NCBI RefSeq assembly: GCF_009834535.1
Contig: NC_045697.1
Span: forward strand, 39,806,001 to 39,870,000
Source of the DNA: Camelus ferus
Taxonomy: Eukaryota
Direction of reading: 5' to 3'
DNA: 64,000 bases
The position numbers and the translations under genes were made by a program. The notes under the pieces are model-generated. The model worked only from the letters and a program-made list of their open reading frames with translations, was not told where the DNA came from and made no database searches. Of the stretch, positions 54,260 through 64,000 are shown in pieces. Position 1 is the stretch's first letter, and each line of letters begins with the position of its first letter.

Positions 54260-54990
54260 GCTCATTTTGTTTGCAATGTGTAAACGCGCTGGAACAGCCG
54301 TAAGAGGTCCCGGCGGCAGGCTGAGCGCTCAATCTCCGAGCGGTGCATCGGGAAAAGCAGTCGGGTCCGGAGCGCATCCGGAACCAAAGAGCTAGCCGCC
54401 ACCTGTCGGGGGCGGCCTTTCCAGAGCACCGGGGGGCGGGGCCTGGCCGACGGAGTTGGACTGAGAACTTTCGGCTGGAGAGGCCTGGACCCGGGCTGTC
54501 AGTCCCGGGCTGCCGGACCATGCTGAGCGGAGCGTGCGGCCGGCTCGCCTCAGCGCTGCGGGGGACACTCGCGCCGCCATCCGCCGTCGCCCGGAGGTGC
54601 CTGCACGCGTCAGGGTCGCTGTCGTCCGCCGAGAAAAGCGAGAGGACGAGGAAGCCGCCCCAGGCCTTCGACCCGGCGCTGCTGGAGTTCCTGGTGTGCC
54701 CGCTCTCCAAGAAGCCGCTCAGGTGAGATTCTCCCGCTGCGGGTGGCCTCCGGTCGCGGGGAGGGGACAAGTGGGCCGCATGGCCGTTTACAGCCACTGG
54801 GGAGCTTTTTAGGTCACTCCGGGTATTCTTCGCTGCCATTGTTTGGACCCGGGCCCGCCAGCTCGCAGGAAGGGCGAGAGGAGGCCGGAAGGGACCCGAG
54901 CTCTAAACCTCCGAGTCAAAGCGCCGACTCGTAGGCTTGGATCGAAGAGTTTCTATAGATAGGTTCGCCACTGGCTGCGCATTAGAATCG
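54260..54990 (+). promoter_or_regulatory. CpG island, PYURF/PIGY promoter
   Basis: CpG-dense region spanning exon 1. GC box GGGGCGGGGC at ~54433-54442, about 80 nt upstream of the ATG. Confidence 0.85.
54520..54722 (+). CDS. PYURF: PYURF (preY, mitochondrial Trm112-like protein) coding exon 1
   Basis: accATG at 54520. Arg/Ala/Ser-rich presequence-like N-terminus, then FDPALLEFLVCPLSKKPL (Trm112-like). Donor CAG|GTGAGA at 54722/54723 (67 codons + 2 nt). Confidence 0.95.
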
Positions 54991-55449
54991 CCAGGGGACC
55001 TTTTTTAAAAATGCAGATTTCCAGGCACCACCCCAGGCGGGCCAAGTCTGTAGGTCTGAGTGAGGCCCTGAGCGATTAGATATTTTCTTAAAAGGACCCT
55101 AAGTAATACTTTTGTACAGCCAGGTTTATGAACTCTTGGGATTCAGGACTAGTCCAAGGCATTACGATTTTTAAGCCAAGATGATGGACAATATTGTAGT
55201 AGCTTCCGCATTCTTGTGAAAATGCCATGTACGATTCTAAGCATGTAAGCTACGTGTGCTGCCCTTTGGCTTTTGGTTCTGGACTAGCCGATTTTTGTAA
55301 AGGCCTTCTTAACCTTTAACCTAGAATCTTTCGGATAAATAGGGATTGACTCAATGTCAAGAATTGGACACATGTTACTGTTCACTGAACATCAAGGTCT
55401 TCCAAGCATTTTGTTTTCCATGATTCATTTTGTTTTGCTTTCCCCTCAG

Positions 55450-55591
55450 ATATGAAGCATCGACAAATGAATTGATTAATGAAGAGTTAGGAATAGCCTA
55501 TCCAGTTATTGATGGGATTCCTAATATGATACCACAGGCAGCTAGGATGACACATCAGAATAAGAAGCAAGAAGAAACGGAGCGGCATTAG
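55450..55591 (+). CDS. PYURF: PYURF coding exon 2
   Basis: Acceptor ttttgctttcccctcag. In-frame (R)YEASTNELINEELGIAYPVIDGIPNMIPQAARMTHQNKKQEETERH-TAG, total 114 aa. YPxxDGIP is the Trm112-like motif. Confidence 0.95.
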
Positions 55592-55694
55592 ATCATCCTT
55601 AGAAACAACACAGAACTAAATTTTCTGAAATACCACCTACTTAAAAAAAAAAAACAAAAAAAACAGGGTGGTGGGAAATAAGTCGGGGAGAAGA

Positions 55695-55910
55695 ATGTTT
55701 TTGTCTCTCCCTACACTGACTGTCCTTATTCCCTTGGTGTCATTAGCAGGACTGTTATACTCAGCCTCTGTGGAAGAAAACTTCCCACAGGGCTGCACGA
55801 GCACAGCCAGCCTGTGCTTTTACAGTCTGCTCTTGCCGATCACCATCCCCGTTTATGTGTTCTTCCACCTTTGGACTTGGATGGGTATTAAACTCTTCAG
55901 GCATAACTGA
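55695..55910 (+). CDS. PIGY: GPI-GlcNAc transferase subunit Y (second cistron, 71 aa)
   Basis: ATG at 55695. MFLSLPTLTVLIPLVSLAGLLYSASVEENFPQGCTSTASLCFYSLLLPITIPVYVFFHLWTWMGIKLFRHN has two hydrophobic segments and the PIG-Y C-terminal WxWMGIKLFRHN. It starts 103 nt after the PYURF stop. Confidence 0.96.
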   Translation: MFLSLPTLTVLIPLVSLAGLLYSASVEENFPQGCTSTASLCFYSLLLPITIPVYVFFHLWTWMGIKLFRHN

Positions 55911-56356
55911 TGCAGCTGGAGCCAAGGTGGTCTATACTAATGATATGCCTGAATGTTTGTCTCTGAAAGCTCAACCACGTGGAAATACTGGAAACCCACT
56001 TAATTTGCGAGAAAGAGGTTTTGCCTAGCTCCTCAGAGGTTTAGGACTATGGGAGGCTTAAGCTGCAGAGGTTTCTTTATTGTACTTGGGTTCTGCACTT
56101 GTTTTTTGAAGGTGAATTATACCTGGTGTTTCAGAAGAAACATTTCAACAAAGTGTCTTGTTGGAAATTAATAGCCCCAGCCATCATCTGCTGACTTTAT
56201 TTCTTATCCCATTCATCTAAAAGTTACTAATTTGAAGTTTTATGTTTGTTTTAGATTCAGAGTCTTTGGTAAAATCACATGTTAAGAATGACTAAAATAA
56301 TTCCAGAGGATTTCCCTGTAGAGAAATGCATTTGAACTAATGTCATATAAAACTAA

Positions 56357-56451
56357 AATAAAATGGAAATTTCACGAACTTGCAAAAATTCTGAGTTTGT
56401 AAAATTACCTTTGTCTTTTTAGCATCAGATGCTTATATTAACAATAATAAA
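56357..56451 (+). terminator. Candidate polyadenylation signals for PYURF/PIGY
   Basis: AATAAA at 56357-56362 and 56446-56451, followed by a T-rich tract near 56490. Confidence 0.55.
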
Positions 56452-57136
56452 ATAAGACATTGAAATTTTCCATAAAACAATTTGCAGGCTTTTTTTTTTT
56501 TTCTTTTGGTCACAAGACTGTGATTCTAAGGAAGAGAAAATACAAAATATTCTAAATTTTAAACTGTAAGCTGTGTTTAGAGAGGCACTTAATAGCCAAA
56601 CTAGAGTGATTTCCCAGGAAAGTATATGCCTCTGGGGGTTAGAGGTGGGGTTGAAAGACTTGCAAATAGCTGATTATGTCCTATTGATTTAGGGCTATGT
56701 TTTGAGCCACATTTCCTGCCATAGAAGACCTATTTAGCACTACTGAGGGAATGAGCATTTGACACATTAAAAGTTACTGATTTTCCTGAATTTTAACAAG
56801 ACTGATCAGTACAGTAACTGTCTCAGAGGTATAACATAAATGTTTCAGTAGTTACGCTAAAGAAACCTAAGAACTGAATATAAACTTAATTGATTTTTAA
56901 TAGAATCTTAGTTTAACAGAAGCTGTAGACAGTGATTCTTCCCCTTCAAAAGAAAATTAAAACATGAGGTAAGATGTATTTTCTATTGCATTAATTCAAT
57001 GTGTATACTGTAGTACAAGTTGTTTTTAAAATTACCCTATGGCAATATGCAAATAACCCAGAAGACTATAGAGGTTCCCATCATTTCCTGAGATGGCATT
57101 ATTCTTTTTAATTTACCCTAAATCTCACTATGGTCA

Positions 57137-57390
57137 TGTAACCGAGCAGGACCCTGTAGGGTCTCCCATGGGCAGACCCCTCCCCCAGATCCTCTGCTGC
57201 AGCTCCTCTCTGAGTACCCAGTTAACAGTATTTCATGTATATTTCCTGAGTTTTGCAGATGCCAAATACCACCACCAAAGGGAAGAAATTAACTACTTGA
57301 TGATTGTGCCCACGTAGTCCCCAGACTTTCTGGTGCCTAGGGATTAATAGTGTTGACAGCCCCGTTACCTCAACATCAACCAATCAAGTC
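57137..57390 (+). mobile_element. Probable ERV LTR 5' fragment
   Basis: Opens TGTAACCGAGCAGGACCC with LTR-like composition. No 3' end or TSD found. Confidence 0.4.
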
Positions 57391-58131
57391 TTAAGCCTTC
57401 TATATTTTGTCCACTACATTCTGCTACTTCTAGTAACCGTCTCAGATGTGACACCCTTTCTTGGGAATTCTCCATCGGTTTTCTAGTGGGTTCCTTTCCT
57501 AAGTTCCTCACAGCACAGCCTGTCCTTTATGGGGACTCCTTCACTAGCTTCCCATTTCAGAACTCATGCCACACGCACCATCACATTGACCGCACCACCT
57601 CCCAGTGCACTGTAAACCCACTGATTCTATCACTAATTGGGACTCTTCCTCCTCAACCATCAACTGACACAGTGGCATGGGACCTCTTGCCCCCTCAGAG
57701 CCTCTTAAGATTATCTTCCCTAGTGTCCTCATCCGCATCACTGACAGGGATCGTATTTAACCACCTTGTTAATGAGAGCCTTCCCACCAGCTTTTTAAGT
57801 GGGAATTTTTCACTCTGAGGATATAAAAAAGGCCTTGCTATGACCTACTCTCCCTCTGCATTTTCTTCCATTCTTGCAGAGGGGCTTTTAACGAAGTCTC
57901 TTTGAACTTCAGACTCTGCATCAGTAACATGGAAATGATGATACCTACTTCCAGAGCTGGTGGGCATTTTAAGTGAGGTAGGAAATATGAAGTTACCTGC
58001 TACAGCCAAGAGCCACAGTAAATTCTCACTAGTGCACATAGTCGAGGAGGGAAAGGCCTGTCCCCTTTTCTAAGTTCTGTCTCTCTTAGTGAAACAGTCC
58101 ATTTGGAGGTGACTGCTGTCTTCCACACATG

Positions 58132-58146
58132 CCACTAGGTGGCACT
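58132..58146 (+). promoter_or_regulatory. Candidate CTCF site
   Basis: CCACTAGGTGGCACT matches the CTCF core consensus. Motif only. Confidence 0.55.
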
Positions 58147-58719
58147 TCTGGCTAACTTACGGGACCCCTGGTAGCTAAGCAAGCAGGAGGAACCAGAGAC
58201 TACACATGGGAAATGCAGAGCTAGGTAGCCGTATTCCACAAACACTAATTCATTCTCATGGCATCCACTAGATAGCCATGATCTCCACAGGGAATCCTGA
58301 GAAACAACCTGGATGGGGGAGGTGGAACTGAAGACATAAGGTGAGGAAGCAGGAAGGGTAGGGGTGGGTGAGAAGAGGGTTCCAGGCAAAAGACAGACTG
58401 TGTGAAAACGCAGGAAAGAGACTGTGGCCCGTTCAGGAAACGGAGGTGGTTACAGCTGACTAGAATGTGGCACACCATGTGTGCAGGGCAGTGGTGGGAG
58501 ACCAGGCTGGAGCTGGGCAGGGGGCACATCAGGAAGGATTCGGGAGCTGTAATAACAGCGTTAATGCAAATGGACTTTATCGCTTTAAAATTGTTTTGGT
58601 ATATGCAGCTGATAAACACTGGCTCTCCTTCACAAAAAAGGAGGGAAAAAGCACATGCAAAATTGCAGGGGTTTTGTGTGTCATGGACCCCTTTGGTGGC
58701 AAGTCCTTATATTTGTACT

Positions 58720-58845
58720 AATATATTAGCCACCAGTCACATATAGATACTGAGCATTTGAAATGTGGCTAGTGTGACAGGACCTGAATTTTACATTTCA
58801 TTTAATTTTAATTAAATAGCCACATATTGGACAGCACAGCCCTAG
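58720..58845. mobile_element. MER3/MER33-like hAT fragment
   Basis: tagccaccagtcacata...tactgagcatttgaaatgtggctagtgtgac...tagccacatattggacagcac. Confidence 0.7.
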
Positions 58846-59315
58846 ACTCCCTTTTTCTCCCACTACTACCCATGAAAGTTTTCTCACTCCAAAAACTAAA
58901 CTTTATCTGCAGCAGGGGTCCAGCTCACTCTGCCTTGCAGATCTAGATTTCTGGCATGCAGGTAGAGACATGGACTACTCAGAAAAAATGGCTGTGATGC
59001 TGGAGTAGATCAGTTCCTGTGGGTCAGAGAGAGAGAGCTAGGTATCAGCAGCACAGAAGGAACAGCTGACGTCGTGGCATTGAGAAGGAGTGCAAAGTGA
59101 GAAAGACAACTACACCACGTTAGGTCCAGGGAGTGAGAGAAGCAGGCAGAAAAGGAGGCAAAGGACATGGGAAGGTAGCCAAGAGAAGGCAAGCCGTGCA
59201 GTTCCTGAGAGCTTGGAGGAGAAAGTAGTCAGAGGTTTCCAAGGCCATACATATATTTGAGATGGAAATGGGCAATTTTCTACTGAAATTTACAAACAGA
59301 AAGTCACCTATGACT

Positions 59316-59556
59316 TTTATTAGAGCAGTTTGAGAGGGAGAAGAACCATTTCAGCCCTGGACAAACTACCCAGACGTTTATGAGGGAAAAGAAAAACTTC
59401 TATCTCGTTTCATGTTTCAGGATCACCTTGTTTTAACAGCCTAATCTATATCATTATTAATACATCTTACGTGTAAAAAGAGCAGTTCTCAAAAGGCAGA
59501 TAAACACACTGAACAGTCAGCAAGACTTCAATGTTAATTTTTGAGTTAATTTTATT
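59316..59556 (-). terminator. Candidate HERC5 polyadenylation signals
   Basis: Minus-strand AATAAA at 59551-59556 and 59316-59321, downstream of the stop at 59600. Which is used is unknown. Confidence 0.4.
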
Positions 59557-59599
59557 TTTGAAAGCATTTCCCCAAAGGGGTAAGGAGTGCGGGGCAGGG

Positions 59600-59805
59600 T
59601 CAGCCGAAGCCCCTGTTGTTGTTGATGGCTACCTGAAGTGCTTCTTCCACCCTTTCCATTGTAGAGTATTTAGGGAGGTAGAGGACACTAAAACATGTCT
59701 GTGCTCTTATGGGATCTCTCTCATTCAAATTTTCAGGACAGCAAAATGTTATTTTCATGTTCTGTAAACCTTTTACTTGAATTCTGTCGGTTCCTGTAAG
59801 AAATA
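59600..59805 (-). CDS. HERC5: HERC5 last coding exon (HECT C-lobe with catalytic Cys)
   Basis: Acceptor ttcttccttttag. (V)[70 protein letters not shown]. Catalytic Cys codon at 59693-59695. PIRAxTCFSVL and the GFG end fit HERC5 rather than HERC6, from memory. Confidence 0.93.
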
Positions 59806-60855
59806 CTAAAAGGAAGAATAAAAATGAGTGATCTGTTTCACTGAGACCAAAATTTATAGGGAGAAAATGTGTTTATTCAACACACACGTGCAGAGTCCTA
59901 CACTGAGCTGCGCTGGAGACCATTATTAGGACAAAGTCTGACACAGAGCCACTACTCTCAAGCAGCTTACAGTCTGGCTGGGAATATTAGATTGTATAGG
60001 AAAAGACAAACAGCAAGAGAAAAAAAGAAGGGTGTAAGGCAGCCCAGCAAGGTGCCATGGATCTAAGTCCCTCCTGAGTGTAAATGCTGTACTTCAGAGC
60101 AGGGAGAATCAGGCTGGGATGACCAGGGAGACTTCTGACAGTTGGGAATTAAGTTGAACCTTTAAAGAGGGAAAGGTTTAGAGGGGCAACAAGGAGGGAG
60201 GTGAAGGGTCAAGGCAGGGATGGATCTTCTGAGAAAGCTGGAGGTGGGAGGCACAGGGTGAGCTCTGGACACCTTGTCCCTTGTACGGACAAGAGAACTA
60301 CTTGGCCAGAACAAAGATTTCCTCTAAGAGTTGAGATTGGAAAGTTAGGTTGGGCTTCTGAAGAAGTCTGAGTATCTTCCAACATACATGTTATCCATAA
60401 AAATAAGAATAAGAAGACAAATGTTTCTCAAAAATAAGTACAGAAACTGAGTAAGAAAATGAGAGAGAAAGTCATTAAACAAGTCTCAGGAAAACCACCA
60501 AGTCGGCATAAAACTGAGATCAAAATCTAAAGGTGAGGCAGAAAACTGGAGACAAGTGACTATACAGCTTGGTTAATCCCACAGAGCCTGGGTGACTGAA
60601 TGATGACACAGTGACAGAAAGAAGGCTCAATATTTAGCTCAAAGAAAAGAACAGGCAGAGTTGAAAATCAAAGGAAAAAGACCTATATTAACATTTGGTT
60701 TTTGATGTTGGGACAGCCTGGCATAGAGGACATCAACTGGACTAGGAGTGGCTCTTACACTGTGACTCATTGTAAATGGTGCCTCTGACAAACAAGACTT
60801 CCTTATCTCACAAAAAGCCATGATTCTATAGAACTACTCCTGATGTAATACTTAC

Positions 60856-60958
60856 CAAGGAATTTTTTCTTTTCCTCCAAAGTCAATTTGTGTAAAGCCT
60901 TCCAAAACATCACTATGGTGGGATGTGAATTGTCGTATCCTTGTGCATAATGTGCATT
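60856..60958 (-). CDS. HERC5: HERC5 HECT exon (penultimate)
   Basis: tttttctgtag | [34 protein letters not shown] + G | gtaagt. 103 nt, phase matches both neighbours. Confidence 0.93.
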
Positions 60959-61042
60959 CTACAGAAAAATGCAAAAAAAAAAAAAATTCAAGAATCAAAC
61001 AAACAAAATTTTAATTTAAACTTCTTGGCCTGTATGAAGTAC

Positions 61043-61226
61043 CTTTTCAAATGTTTCCCAGTCGTAATCTGTATTTCCAATAATCACATCCTTGAGTTCT
61101 TCAGGATGGAAAAATTCAATAATCTCCTTGTCACACACTTTATAAAATCCTCTTTGAAACTCTTCATAAACTGCCTTTACAGAGATGTTGAAGATGTAAT
61201 TGACATACTTAGAAACATAGTCTCTC
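61043..61226 (-). CDS. HERC5: HERC5 HECT exon
   Basis: ttcgttaaag | G + [61 protein letters not shown] | gtactt. 184 nt, followed by an 84-nt intron. Confidence 0.93.
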
Positions 61227-62684
61227 CTTTAACGAAACAAAAAATGATTTCAGCTTATTGTAATATCCTGAACAAAAGTAGGGGAGGGGGTGAAAAGAAT
61301 GATAAAAATAAAGAGCTAGAACACCTAACAACCGGTGCCATGAACTTAGAGCTGTGTTTCACATATTATCTAATTTAATCTTCATAAAATTCTCTGAGGC
61401 AGGTTCTTGGGGCATTTTGGTGAAGAGGAAACTGAGCCACAGTGAAGGTACATGATGCTCAAGGTCACGCAGTTAGGAGAATTGTCAGATTAGAAAAGAG
61501 GAAGTTTGGAAGAATAAAACCTGACCTGTTATCGGTGATCAGCTCTGGGGAATGGGCTGGGGAGATGGAGGAAACTTTTCATATTTTATCTTACACTCTT
61601 CTGTACTGTATGAATTTGTCAAAGTGAGTAATATTATTTGTGGTTAGACACAAACAAAAAGGGGATTTATGCATCTAGCTATGATGAGCAGCTGGCAGCA
61701 AATGTTCCCGGCCGGAAGAACTGGAAAGAGCCGGGTAACACACCAAAGCACATCTAGCTCCAGGCTTCCGAATCTGAGTCAAGACTCAAGAAGCCTCTGG
61801 ACTAAGAGAGAAGGGAACTCTCTGAGGTGAGCCCAGCACTCGACTTGCAGTTTCTTCCTTTGGGCACGTTTGCTAATTCTTTTACGGAAAGGGGCCAGAG
61901 GCAGTCAGTCATACTATGGATAAATTGGGGCTTATCCATAAAATGTACCCAAGAGCTAGAAGTGTTCTGTTTCTTGATCTGCAAACTTATAATTTGTATA
62001 CTTTTCTGTATGTTATGCTACAATACAAAGGTTTTTAAAATAAAGATTTAAAAAAAATCAAAGAAAAACATTTGGCTTAGGCTAGCAGGCTCACTAGACA
62101 TCTCTTTGCTACTCTGCCCAGTTATCAAGGGAACATTCATTCTATGATCCCAAACTCTATGGCTTTAAATGGCATCCCATTAGGTACCAGGAAATCAAGA
62201 TACCACAGCAACCTCTAATAATATTAACAAAACTAAGTGCCTGCTAGGGACCGGGCACCGCTGTGGACCACTCTAGGTACTGGATATAGTACAGTGGTGA
62301 GCAACGCAGACCAAGTCCCTGCCATCACGCAGCTCCTTAGAGCTGGGGGAAACACTGATAAGTAAAGAAGCAAAAAATCCAAAAGGTAGGTAATGTGTGA
62401 CATGAAAAGAAAAAGTAAAGCAGGGCAAGGGGATAAAGAGAGAAGTCAGTGGTATCATTCTAGACAAGAAGATAAAGGAAGGCCTCCCCAAGAAAGCCAT
62501 TTCCTTCTCAGCCAGAATACAAAGTCCAGGAGACACACTCATATACACAATATGCACCAACTCTCTGCCTTATTGAAAAGTGATTACTTAAGACAGGAAA
62601 ATGATAATTACAAGGAATTTTCAGAGTCCAGTGAAATAAATATAGTGTATAAAAAACCCAAACATTTCATTTCTTTGTACCTAC

Positions 62685-62755
62685 TTGTTAGTCTGGCTGA
62701 CAATTACGTGACTTCCATCAGGAATTAAGTCTACATCATTTTTGTCCCAGTGCAC
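62685..62755 (-). CDS. HERC5: HERC5 HECT exon
   Basis: ggttacag | VHWDKNDVDLIPDGSHVIVSQTN + AA | gtaggt. 71 nt, LIPxG HECT motif, phase completes a Lys codon with the next exon. Confidence 0.9.
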
Positions 62756-63044
62756 CTGTAACCACAAATGAACTCATATAGTATCTCCCAAGTAATCATA
62801 AACATCTACTATCAACAAAAACACTTTGGAGCACACCTCTTTTCCTCAAAAATTTGTAGAAATGTACTTTTTTGTCATAAAAATGAGCGAGAAATGTATA
62901 AATAAAAAATTACCACCTTTATCATGCAGAATGGAAAATGAATTTTTTACAAAAACTTGAATTATCTATTTCAGCTGATCATACTAAAAAAATTAATTGG
63001 AAAATTGCCACCTCAGTATTCACTTTATACAGTACAGACCCAGT

Positions 63045-63525
63045 GTGGTAGATTAGCAAAAAAAAAAAAAAAAAAAGGCCACCAGTTCCTCCCATCCCGG
63101 TATTCTTGCCCCTCTGCAATGTGACCCACCTCCCATCAAGGGGGGAGTCTATTTCTTTGGCCCGTGTATCTGGGTGAGGCCATGTGAAGTACTCTGGCCA
63201 ACAGGGTATGGCAGGAGCAAAACCTTGAAAAGAAGCTGAGGTGTTGGGGCCTGCCATCTCTTTCCACTCTGTGTAACCCTGAGACCACTCTGTGAAGACG
63301 CCTCAGAGCCTGGAGGACAAGAGACCACTAGCACAGAGACAGCTGTTCCAGAGGACACCCCATAAACTGACCAGCCTGCCAATGACCAGGTATGTGAGCA
63401 AGGCCACTGTGGACCGTGCAGCCCGGCCAAGTCAGCCCTGTCCGGAAACCCATAGAATCACGTTTCTTGCTTTAAGCCACTAAGTTTAGATGTTGGCTGC
63501 TAAATAGTAAAAGCTAACTGATACA
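63045..63525 (+). mobile_element. MaLR LTR (MLT1-like) in a HERC5 intron
   Basis: tgtggtagatt...cctctgcaatgtgac...ctcccatcaag...tgtgagcaaggcca...tttaagccactaagtttagatgttggctgct...gctaactgataca. Confidence 0.75.
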
Positions 63526-63666
63526 CCCTGCTCATGAAAAATGAAAACAAAACAAAACAAAAGCACCTTTTGTACTAGCTTGGTTCAGTTTGGTTTTTTA
63601 CTAAAGGTACGTATACAAAGGTTAATCAGTTTAAATATGATCTGCAATTTCATTATTGTTACTCAC

Positions 63667-63733
63667 ATTAAAACAGACGTGAAATACTTCCCCAAAGTCA
63701 TTGCCTTCATCATCCAGAAGTGTTTGCAAACTC
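63667..63733 (-). CDS. HERC5: HERC5 HECT exon
   Basis: tttgttccttag | G + SLQTLLDDEGNDFGEVFHVCFN | gtgagt. 67 nt, joins in frame to VHWD. The gene continues beyond the window end. Confidence 0.9.
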
Positions 63734-64000
63734 CTAAGGAACAAATGATTTTGTGTTTAAGAAATCAATAATCACGACAGCTACACTAAAATAAACGTCA
63801 AGAGCATGCCTGTTCTCAAGGTGGGGGGTCAGGGTCAGTTCACAGCACCTGTTTCTGTGTATTAAGAGTCTAACTAGGGCCAGACCTCACCCAAGGTGTG
63901 AGAATGGAGGTTTATTTGCAATTCTGTAGGCTCTCCACCTAATTCCCAGCTCTCTTCCCTCCACCCCAACTTCTTTTACCCCGTGACTGTAGGCATCTGT

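Noticed and set aside
54343..54519. 59-codon GTG-initiated N-terminal extension of PYURF in the ORF track
   Set aside because: Overlaps the promoter GC box and would mask the mitochondrial presequence. The ATG at 54520 gives the expected 114 aa.
54024..54839. 271-aa antisense ORF across PYURF exon 1, with a good Kozak context (acaATGG)
   Set aside because: Mostly inside a GC-rich island where stops are rare. Composition is Arg/Pro/Ala/Ser-rich with no recognisable domain. It would need conservation or ribosome evidence.
60941..61378. 145-aa plus-strand ORF
   Set aside because: Antisense shadow of a HERC5 exon and flanking introns, with a non-ATG start.

Overview
Mammalian genomic DNA, most likely a camelid (three tRNA-derived SINEs resemble the camelid Vic-1 family). 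The window covers the HERC3 - PYURF/PIGY - HERC5 neighbourhood. Left to right: (1) the HERC3 5' end on the minus strand, with its CpG-island promoter at about 15.6-17.3 kb and first coding exon at 4491-4716; (2) about 37 kb of repeat-rich intergenic DNA with L1, L2, MIR, MaLR/ERV LTRs and DNA transposon remnants; (3) the compact two-exon bicistronic PYURF (114 aa) + PIGY (71 aa) gene on the plus strand; (4) the last five coding exons of HERC5 (HECT domain) on the minus strand, which the ORF track misses and which splice in frame by hand. The most unusual element is the PYURF/PIGY bicistron, which is already known. I see no clearly new gene system. The best leads are short PIGY-frame ORFs plus an A-tract before PIGY, a tiny HERC3 uORF, divergent CTCF motifs around PYURF/PIGY, a CpG-rich solo LTR and some unusual retroelement insertion structures. 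Repeat family names are from memory and most repeat boundaries are approximate.
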